From Patescibacteria group bacterium (GTDB lineage: Bacteria > Patescibacteriota > Patescibacteriia > Veblenbacterales > UBA10138): a stretch of DNA of 64,000 nt. The position numbers were made by a program, and so were the translations under genes. The notes beneath the pieces are model-generated. The model was not told the DNA's origin and searched no databases. It was given only the letters and a program-made list of their open reading frames with translations. Positions 18,230 to 25,616 of this stretch are shown piece after piece. Within the stretch, counting starts at the first letter, position 1. Each line of letters starts with the position of its first letter. The DNA is taken from contig JBAZQK010000008.1 of the NCBI GenBank assembly GCA_041645215.1, forward strand, positions 1,744 through 65,743, given 5' to 3'.

Positions 18230-18836
18230 AATCGCAATCCAAAAAGAAGGGCGGCTCAAGATACCGAGTCTTGAGTTTCTTGAATCTTTGGGCCTTCAAT
18301 TTTCCAAAGACAATGACAGAACGCTTGTTGTTCCTTGTAAAAACGCCGATGTCGAAATTCTATATGTGCGGCACAGCGATATACCGCAGTATGTTCAAAG
18401 CGGCGCGGCTGATTTTGCTGTTGTTGGTGGCAATGTGCTGTATGAGAATAATTTTAAGGTAAGAGAAGTTAAAAAACTGGATTTTGGCAGGTGCCGTTTG
18501 GTGATTGCCATACCCATTATTTCTCCTATTCAAAAAACAAAAGAACTTGAGGGGGAGCGAGTAGCAACGTCTTACCCAAATAGTCTGCGAAAGTTTTTAC
18601 AAAAGCAAAAAATCAACGCGGCCATCATTGAAATAAAAGGCGCGGTTGAAGTTGCGCCGGTTTTGGGGCTCGCGGACGCGATTTGTGATCTTACGCAAAC
18701 CGGAAATACGCTAAAAGAAAACGCCCTGAAGCCCATAGCCACATTATTTAATTCCACGGCCGTATTTATCGAGTCGCCATTTGAAAGCAAACAAAAGAAT
18801 GAATTTATAAACAAGTTTCTAACTGCAACACTATGA
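18192..18836 (+). CDS. hisG: ATP phosphoribosyltransferase, short form (HisG-S)
   Basis: 214 aa; KIAIQKEGRLK...; lacks the C-terminal regulatory domain; start codon ATG lies inside element c. Confidence 0.85.
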   Translation: MKLQKYTISNGVKIAIQKEGRLKIPSLEFLESLGLQFSKDNDRTLVVPCKNADVEILYVRHSDIPQYVQSGAADFAVVGGNVLYENNFKVREVKKLDFGRCRLVIAIPIISPIQKTKELEGERVATSYPNSLRKFLQKQKINAAIIEIKGAVEVAPVLGLADAICDLTQTGNTLKENALKPIATLFNSTAVFIESPFESKQKNEFINKFLTATL

Positions 18837-20116
18837 AAAAATATTATTTTAAACAACTTAATGATGCCGCATTAAAAAACCTTTGTAAAAGAAAGGCCAT
18901 TCGTTTTGATGACGTTTTGCCTGTTGTCGAAAATGTCTTGCGTGAAGTCAAAATGAGAGGTGACGAGGCTATCCGTGAGTTCACAGCAAAATTCGATAAT
19001 GCAAGTCTTTCTTCTTTGAAAGTCAACAAAAAAGAAATTGAGCGCGCTTGTGAACGCATACCAAAAAATATCCGGAGTGCTTTTAGAAAAGCAACGCGCA
19101 ATATAGAGAAATTTCACAAAGCGCAGATGGTCCGGCGAAAGGAGGTAAAAACAATGTCTGGGATTACCTGTTTTGCAGAGGCGAGAGCGATTGAAAAAGT
19201 TGGGCTATACATTCCCGGCGGGACAGCGCCATTGCCTTCAACGGTATTGATGCTTGCAATTCCAGCAAAACTTGCTGGTTGCGAGGAAATTGTGCTTATT
19301 ACTCCGCCAACAAAAGACGGAGATATAGCTGATGTTATTTTATTCGCCGCCCAGCTCTGTGGAATTACACAAATTTTCAAAATTGGCGGCGCGCAGGCAA
19401 TTGCGGCGTTAGCGTTTGGGACGGAGAGCGTGCCGAAAGTTTACAAGATTTTTGGCCCCGGCAATCAATATGTGACTGCGGCAAAAATGCTGGTTTCTAT
19501 TAACCCCGATGGCGCGGCTATTGATATGCCAGCCGGACCGACGGAGGTGCTGGTTGTTGCCGACGAAAAAGCGCGGGCTGATTTTGTGGCAAGCGATCTT
19601 TTATCACAAGCAGAGCATGGTATTGACTCACAAGCGATTCTTGTTGCTACTTCTGATAAAAAAGCAAACGAAGTCCTAGTCGAGGTGAGACAGCAATTGC
19701 AGTCTTTGCCACGAAAAGAGATTGCTCAAAAATCGCTCGACAATAGTTTTGTTATCGTTGTTGATTCTGTGGATAAGGCAATTGCTTTCTCTAACATGTA
19801 CGCACCTGAACACCTTATCTTAAATGTTGGAAATGCCACAAGGTATGTTCCAGAAATTATAAACGCTGGTTCTGTATTTTTAGGTCCGTACTCTTGTGAG
19901 TCAGCCGGTGATTACGCCAGCGGCACCAATCACTCGTTGCCGACGTATGGCTATGCCCGCGTATCAGGTGGTGTTTTTGTGAGCAGTTTTCAAAAGCAAG
20001 TAACCTTTCAGAAAATTACCAAACAGGGAGCGAAAAATTTAGGGCCCATTGTATCAACCTTGGCTTCCCAAGAATCGCTGGAGGGCCACAAAAGGGCGAT
20101 GCAGTTACGCTATTAA
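18833..20116 (+). CDS. hisD: Histidinol dehydrogenase
   Basis: 427 aa; ...SQAEHG..., ...HSLPTYGYAR... conserved HisD motifs. Confidence 0.9.
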   Translation: MKKYYFKQLNDAALKNLCKRKAIRFDDVLPVVENVLREVKMRGDEAIREFTAKFDNASLSSLKVNKKEIERACERIPKNIRSAFRKATRNIEKFHKAQMVRRKEVKTMSGITCFAEARAIEKVGLYIPGGTAPLPSTVLMLAIPAKLAGCEEIVLITPPTKDGDIADVILFAAQLCGITQIFKIGGAQAIAALAFGTESVPKVYKIFGPGNQYVTAAKMLVSINPDGAAIDMPAGPTEVLVVADEKARADFVASDLLSQAEHGIDSQAILVATSDKKANEVLVEVRQQLQSLPRKEIAQKSLDNSFVIVVDSVDKAIAFSNMYAPEHLILNVGNATRYVPEIINAGSVFLGPYSCESAGDYASGTNHSLPTYGYARVSGGVFVSSFQKQVTFQKITKQGAKNLGPIVSTLASQESLEGHKRAMQLRY

Positions 20117-20130
20117 TAATAACTATTCTT

Positions 20131-21696
20131 ATGAAAAATTTAGCATTAGAAAGAATTCAAAAAATGAAATCATATAAACCGCCACTCGACGGCAGGTCGG
20201 AATATGGCGGCATGCTTTTGGATTTCAATGAGCGAACGAAACCACCGCCAAGCAACGTTGTCCGCACACTGGAAAAATTTGTAAAGGGCCAAAAACTACA
20301 GGTATACCCGGAGTATTTTGATTTGGAGAGGAGAATTGCGAAATATGCTGACGTCAAGATCAACCAAGTAATGATTACCAACGGATCCGATCAAGGTATT
20401 GATATTATTTTCCGAACATTCACTGAAAGGGGCGACAAAGTAATTATTCCCAGCCCCAGCTTTGCTATGTTTTATCAGTGTGCTCAAATTGTTGGCAATG
20501 AAATTGTTTGTCCGCTTTACAAAAAGGATGATCTTGCGTTTCCACTTGAGGAAGTATTAAGTTTGATTGACGAGCAAACAAAGCTGATTGTGGTATGCAA
20601 CCCCAATAACCCGACTGGTACCGGTGTGTCCGTTGCTGATATTGAAAAAATAGCGCGGAAGGCAAAGAAAGCGGTCGTATACGTTGATGAGGCCTATTTT
20701 GAATTCTCAAAAATTACCACTACATCTCTCATCAGGAAATATCCAAACATTATTATAACGAGAACATTTTCAAAAGCTTTCGGCCTCGCTTCTCTTAGAA
20801 TTGGATATGTTATCGCGAGAGCAGAATACATCGCTGAAATGCTGAAAATTCGCGGACCCTATGACGTAAATATGGCCGCGTACTATGCGGCATGCGCGGC
20901 ACTTGGAGACAGAAAAAGTATGGAGCGCTATGTTGACGACGTAATGACGAAAGCAAAACCACTGGTGGAAAAATTCTTTTCTCAAAATGCCGTACCTTAT
21001 TTTTTGTCCCGGTCAAACTTTATTTTATTTCGTCCCGATAATCCTGAAAACGCGATGAAGTTACTTGGTAAGGGCGGTGTCCTGGTGCGACCGCAAAATA
21101 AGCAGAATATTGAAAACACCTTGCGCGTGAGTATCGGCACGATAAAGCAAATGGAGAAGTTTATTGGGATTTATAAAAGCGTTGTGTCTAAAAATTCAAA
21201 GCGTAAGTACGCCTTTCTTGATCGTGACGGTACTCTCCTAAACGAACCTCAAGATACTTATCAGATTGACAGCTTAAAAAAACTGAAAATTCTTGATGGC
21301 GTCATTGCCGGATTACAAGAATTGAAAAAAAGAGGCTACGCGCTGATTATGATTTCCAATCAAGACGGTTTAGGAACTTCCTCATTCCCGCAAAAGGGTT
21401 TTGCGGCTCCGCAAGAAAAAATGCTGAAAATCTTTCGCAGTAATGGAATAACTTTTGACCAAATATTTATTTGTCCGCACTTGCCGCAGGAGTCATGTAA
21501 TTGCCGCAAGCCAAAAACAAGATTGGTGGATGAATTTTTGCAGAACGCAAACATTGATAAAAAATTATCTTTCGTTTGCGGCGATAGAAACAGTGATCGG
21601 AAATTCGCGAAGAATATCGGCATTAAGTTTATTCCGATGGAAACCAACGGCAATTTTTGCAAGGCGATTAAGTCATTTTTAACCAAAACTATATGA
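20131..21696 (+). CDS. hisC: Fusion: histidinol-phosphate aminotransferase (HisC) plus histidinol-phosphatase HAD domain (HisB-N/HisN-like)
   Basis: 521 aa; N-terminal PLP aminotransferase (TFSKAFGLASLRIGY); C-terminal FLDRDGTLL...ISNQDGLGT...CPHLPQESCNCRKPK matching the E. coli HisB N-terminal phosphatase domain. Confidence 0.85.
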   Translation: MKNLALERIQKMKSYKPPLDGRSEYGGMLLDFNERTKPPPSNVVRTLEKFVKGQKLQVYPEYFDLERRIAKYADVKINQVMITNGSDQGIDIIFRTFTERGDKVIIPSPSFAMFYQCAQIVGNEIVCPLYKKDDLAFPLEEVLSLIDEQTKLIVVCNPNNPTGTGVSVADIEKIARKAKKAVVYVDEAYFEFSKITTTSLIRKYPNIIITRTFSKAFGLASLRIGYVIARAEYIAEMLKIRGPYDVNMAAYYAACAALGDRKSMERYVDDVMTKAKPLVEKFFSQNAVPYFLSRSNFILFRPDNPENAMKLLGKGGVLVRPQNKQNIENTLRVSIGTIKQMEKFIGIYKSVVSKNSKRKYAFLDRDGTLLNEPQDTYQIDSLKKLKILDGVIAGLQELKKRGYALIMISNQDGLGTSSFPQKGFAAPQEKMLKIFRSNGITFDQIFICPHLPQESCNCRKPKTRLVDEFLQNANIDKKLSFVCGDRNSDRKFAKNIGIKFIPMETNGNFCKAIKSFLTKTI

Positions 21697-22283
21697 GAGC
21701 GAGAACTTCAACAATCAGGCGTAAAACAAGGGAAACCGACATTGCCGTTACTGTAAAACTTGATGGTACGGGCAAATATCAAGTGGACACCGGCATCGGT
21801 TTTCTGAATCACATGCTGGAACTTTTTTCCAGGCATTCGTTAATAGATCTCACCGTAAAAGCTAAAGGCGATCTGAAAGTAGATGAACATCACACAGTTG
21901 AGGATATTGGAATTTGTTTGGGCGCAGCGCTGCGCCAAAGCCTTGGCGACAAAAAAGGCATTGAGCGGTATGGTTTTTTGTTGCCTATGGATGAAGCTCT
22001 GGCTGAAGCAGCAATTGATTTAGGCGGAAGGGCTTGTCTTGTTTGGAACGCTTCTTTTAAGCGGGAAAAAATAGGAGATATGCCGACCGAGCTTTTCGAG
22101 GATTTTTTTAAGGCGGTAGCTGATAATCTCCAAGCAAATATCCACATCAATGTAAAATACGGCAGGAACGAACACCACATTGCGGAAAGCATATTTAAAG
22201 CGCTTGCAAGAGCCTTGAGGAATGCTGTAAGCCGCGATAAGCGAGCCAAAGATTTATTACCATCTACCAAAGGAAAATTATGA
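21693..22283 (+). CDS. hisB: Imidazoleglycerol-phosphate dehydratase
   Basis: 196 aa; TRETDI...GIGFLNHML...HH..E IGPD motifs. Confidence 0.9.
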   Translation: MRARTSTIRRKTRETDIAVTVKLDGTGKYQVDTGIGFLNHMLELFSRHSLIDLTVKAKGDLKVDEHHTVEDIGICLGAALRQSLGDKKGIERYGFLLPMDEALAEAAIDLGGRACLVWNASFKREKIGDMPTELFEDFFKAVADNLQANIHINVKYGRNEHHIAESIFKALARALRNAVSRDKRAKDLLPSTKGKL

Positions 22284-23005
22284 TTGCCATTATTGACTAC
22301 AAGGCAGGCAATATTGCGTCTGTAAAAAACGCTCTGGAACGACTTGGGCGAGCGTGTGTTGTTACATCCGAGCCGAAAGAAATTTTATCAGCTGACGGCG
22401 TAATATTCCCGGGTCAAGGCCGGGCTGGCGCCGCAATGTCGAACTTAAGAAAAACCGGCATTGATAAGATTATTCCTCAAATTACAAAACCGTTTTTGGG
22501 TATTTGTCTGGGGATGCAACTACTTGGCTCAACTTCCGCAGAAGATAAGACAGAATGCCTTGAGATTTTTCAGGGTGTGTGTCGCAAATTCCCGCCGACA
22601 TTAAAAACCCCGCATCTTGGCTGGAATAAAGTTGAATTGACGGGAGAGTCATCCTTAACCACTGGTATCCAAAACGGGGCATACTTTTATTTTGTGCACT
22701 CATATTACGTTGACCCCGTTAGAAGTCCTCGGCGTAAAAATTGCTGTGCAATTTTTACGCGGTATCAATCAGAGCTCACTACTGAAAGTTGTCGTGATAA
22801 TGACACAATGTCATTATCACGACCAAAGCCGACTTCTAACGGGGTTGATGTTGCGGAAGCTCAAATTGTCGGAAAAACAAGTTATGGTTTTGATTTTCCA
22901 TCGATTATGCAAAAAGGTAATTTTTTTGCAGTCCAGTTTCACCCTGAAAAATCAGGTGAGCAAGGTTTACGATTACTCAATAATTTTTGTGAACTATGTA
23001 TATAA
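22280..23005 (+). CDS. hisH: Imidazole glycerol phosphate synthase glutaminase subunit HisH carrying an in-frame 45-codon TIR-element insertion
   Basis: 241 aa; ...GICLGMQLL...HLGWNKV...YFVHSYYVD [45-aa insert [11 protein letters not shown]...KPTSNGV] DVAEAQ...[14 protein letters not shown]; removal of 22714..22848 restores E. coli-like spacing. Confidence 0.85.
   Translation: [241 protein letters not shown]
22710..22848. mobile_element. CCCCGTTAGAA-TIR element copy d (long form, GTC subtype) inserted in-frame inside hisH
   Basis: Perfect TIR 22714-22727/22831-22844; direct repeats TTGA 22710-13 and 22845-48; element (131 bp) + one repeat = 135 nt. Internal hairpins GCGTAAAAATTGC-TGT-GCAATTTTTACGC and a 15-bp stem GTCGTGATAATGACA-CAA-TGTCATTATCACGAC. 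Confidence 0.85.
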
Positions 23006-24471
23006 TACCAGCAATTGACATAATGAACGGCAAATGTGTGCGTTTAGCGCAAGGAAATTTTGCGAAGTCAACCATCTACAACAGCAATCCGGTTGAGGTT
23101 GCGAAAGATTTTGCAAAGCAAGGAGCGCAATCCTTGCATATTGTTGATTTGGACGGCGCAAAATCGGGCTTTCCAGTAAACTTGGAAACAGTCCTTGCCA
23201 TCGTTAAATCGGTCAACATTCCGCTTCAAGTTGGCGGCGGCATACGCTTGTACGATCAGGCGCAAAAATATCTTGAAAATGGCATTGAGAAAATTATTTT
23301 AAGCACTGTTGCCATAGAAGACCCAAAATTGCTGGAGCGTCTATTGGAGGAATTTGGAAGTTATAGAGTTACAGTTTCAGTGGATATTGATGATGGACAA
23401 GTCGCTACTCGCGGCTGGATGAAAAAGAACACAAAAACTGTTCCGGGCCTTGTTAGTTTTCTCAAAAAAGTGGGTATCACATCGGTCATTGTAACCGACA
23501 TTTCCAAAGACGGCTTACTTAAAGGGCCAAATTTTGATTTGGCAAAAGAATTTATCAACGAAGGATTCAAAACTGTTGTGGCTGGCGGCGTATCATCTTT
23601 GGGAGATTTAGAGAAGTTGAATAAGCTAGGTGCATTTGGCGCAATAATTGGGAAAGCAATGTATGAGGGAAAAGTTGATCTGCGAGAAGCGCAGGAAAGA
23701 GTCGCTTATAAAAACAATCTTGCCAAAAGAATCATTCCTTGCCTTGATGTAAAAAATGGGCGGGTAGTAAAGGGCATACGCTTTAGCGATTTGTGCGATG
23801 CTGGTGATCCGGTTGAACTGGGAAAACGATACTGCGAGTTAGGTGCGGACGAGCTTATTTTTCTTGATATAGCCGCCACACTGGAAAATCGCAAAACACT
23901 TTGCGAGTTGGTTTCAAAGATTGCCAAAGAAATAAACATACCTTTTACCGTTGGTGGCGGCATTTCAACGTTTGAGGATATAAAAAATCTCCTTAATGCC
24001 GGGGCCGACAAGGTCTCCATTGGGTCCGCGGCGGTGAAAAATCCTAATTTTGTCAAGGAGGCGGCGGAGTATTTTGGTTCTCAATGCATCGTTATTTCTG
24101 TTGACGCGAAAAGGCAAAATGAGGGCTGGAAAATTTATATAAAGGGCGGGTCAGAAAAAACAGATATTGACGCTATAGAATTTTCCAAACAAATGGAAAA
24201 ACTCGGCGCCGGGGAACTTCTGGTGAATAGTTTAGACCGCGACGGAACCAGAGAAGGATTTGATCTGGAGTTGTTAGAAAGTATTACAGACAGTGTGAAT
24301 ATTCCGGTGATTGCCTCAAGTGGTGCCGGTTCAATGCAAGATTTTCTGGCCGTTTTTCAAAAAACAAACGTTGATGCCGCTCTTGGAGCAAGCATATTCC
24401 ACTATCAAGAAGTAAACATAATGGAACTCAAGAAATTTTTATCCAATAATAATTTACCCATACGCGTATGA
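22996..24471 (+). CDS. hisA-hisF: Fused HisA (ProFAR isomerase) - HisF (IGP synthase cyclase subunit)
   Basis: 491 aa; N-terminal IIPAIDIMNGKCVRL...(HisA), C-terminal RIIPCLDVKNGRVVKG...(HisF); TIM-barrel phosphate-binding GG motifs in both halves. Confidence 0.85.
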   Translation: MYIIPAIDIMNGKCVRLAQGNFAKSTIYNSNPVEVAKDFAKQGAQSLHIVDLDGAKSGFPVNLETVLAIVKSVNIPLQVGGGIRLYDQAQKYLENGIEKIILSTVAIEDPKLLERLLEEFGSYRVTVSVDIDDGQVATRGWMKKNTKTVPGLVSFLKKVGITSVIVTDISKDGLLKGPNFDLAKEFINEGFKTVVAGGVSSLGDLEKLNKLGAFGAIIGKAMYEGKVDLREAQERVAYKNNLAKRIIPCLDVKNGRVVKGIRFSDLCDAGDPVELGKRYCELGADELIFLDIAATLENRKTLCELVSKIAKEINIPFTVGGGISTFEDIKNLLNAGADKVSIGSAAVKNPNFVKEAAEYFGSQCIVISVDAKRQNEGWKIYIKGGSEKTDIDAIEFSKQMEKLGAGELLVNSLDRDGTREGFDLELLESITDSVNIPVIASSGAGSMQDFLAVFQKTNVDAALGASIFHYQEVNIMELKKFLSNNNLPIRV

Positions 24472-25145
24472 ACCCCGTTAGAAATAATATAAAAAATATA
24501 ATAAACCCTGTTAGGAACAAAATTTCTAACGGGGTGAATAAACTTAATATCCAACAATTGGATTTTGATAAGTTGGGCGAGATTATTCCTGCAATCATCC
24601 AAGATGCTGAAACAAAAGCTGTCCTTATGCTGGGATTTATGGATAAAGAGGCACTGAACAAAACAATCAAAAGCAAAAAAGTTACATTTTGGAGTAGAAC
24701 AAAAAAACGACTTTGGGAGAAAGGCGAAATTTCGGGCAATACGCTTGAAGTAATCTCCATTGCTGCCGATTGCGATAATGACATACTTTTGGTTTTGGCA
24801 AAGCCGAAAGGACCAACGTGCCACACCGGCGCTTATTCTTGTTTTGGAACTAAAAAGCAAGGTGGGCTTGAATTTTTGCAAGAGCTTTATGATTTGCTAG
24901 TTGCAAGAAAAAAGGATTTACCGAAAAATTCTTACACGACCTCGCTTTTCAACCAGGGGTTGGTTAAAATTTTAGAGAAGGTTGAGGAAGAATCAGGCGA
25001 GGCGCTGCAAGCTGCCAGAAAAGAGACAAGAACGCGGCTTATTGAGGAAAGCTCCGATTTGTTATATCACCTGTTCGTACTGCTTGTTCAAAAAAATATT
25101 TCTCTCAACGATATTACCCAAGAACTCCAACGCCGAAAAAAATAG
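24468..25145 (+). CDS. hisIE: Bifunctional PR-AMP cyclohydrolase / PR-ATP pyrophosphatase (HisIE)
   Basis: IPAIIQDAETKAVLMLGFMDKEAL (HisI) and LYDLLVARKKD...LYHLFVLL (HisE). The listed ATG 24468 lies in the element; homology suggests the start is the junction GTG at 24534. Confidence 0.85.
   Translation: MNPVRNNIKNIINPVRNKISNGVNKLNIQQLDFDKLGEIIPAIIQDAETKAVLMLGFMDKEALNKTIKSKKVTFWSRTKKRLWEKGEISGNTLEVISIAADCDNDILLVLAKPKGPTCHTGAYSCFGTKKQGGLEFLQELYDLLVARKKDLPKNSYTTSLFNQGLVKILEKVEEESGEALQAARKETRTRLIEESSDLLYHLFVLLVQKNISLNDITQELQRRKK
24469..24538. mobile_element. CCCCGTTAGAA-TIR element copy e (short form, ATT subtype)
   Basis: TIR 24473-24486/24521-24534 (13/14); direct repeats TGAA 24469-72 and 24535-38; degenerate internal copy AACCCTGTTAGGAA. 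Confidence 0.7.
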
Positions 25146-25160
25146 TCCCGCCGCTTCCGG

Positions 25161-25189
25161 CCTTCGCAGTCTTCCTAAGGAGGACGAAG
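25161..25189 (+). terminator. Imperfect GTCCTCC/GGAGGAC-family hairpin after hisIE
   Basis: CCTTCGCAGTCTTCC-TAA-GGAGGACGAAG; weaker version of the 45278 and 58404 hairpins. Confidence 0.4.
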
Positions 25190-25356
25190 TCGGCGGCTGC
25201 GGCTTCTGAGTTTCATTTTTAAGGTGCTTTATTTATTAGCAAGGGCAAGTGAAGTCGGGCTGATTCGCCCTTGAGCCGCGTTTGGCTTAAAGCAAACTTT
25301 AGTTTTATCCTCATCCATCCGCCCTAGACGGGTGGTCTTCTGCGAAGGCGGATAAA

Positions 25357-25388
25357 AAATCTGACCCGATGTACATCGGGTCAGATTT
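25357..25388 (+). terminator. Strong 14-15 bp stem hairpin (terminator-like) in the hisIE-mfd spacer
   Basis: AAATCTGACCCGATG-TAC-ATCGGGTCAGATTT. Confidence 0.55.
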
Positions 25389-25616
25389 AATCTACTGTTT
25401 TTAAGCTTACTTACCAGCGTTAGCTAAATTGTAAAATAGAGCTGGTTTTACAGATGTTCTTGATAAGGAGGGGTCACAAGTACATCAAACTGGTAAGTAA
25501 GCCTAACTACATTAGTACTTATTTGATGATTTGTTAAGGCCTATTTTTTAGTATATTTTACTTTAGCAATGTTATGCTATATTGTCAAGAGGCCCGAATT
25601 CGCCAATCGCTAAACC

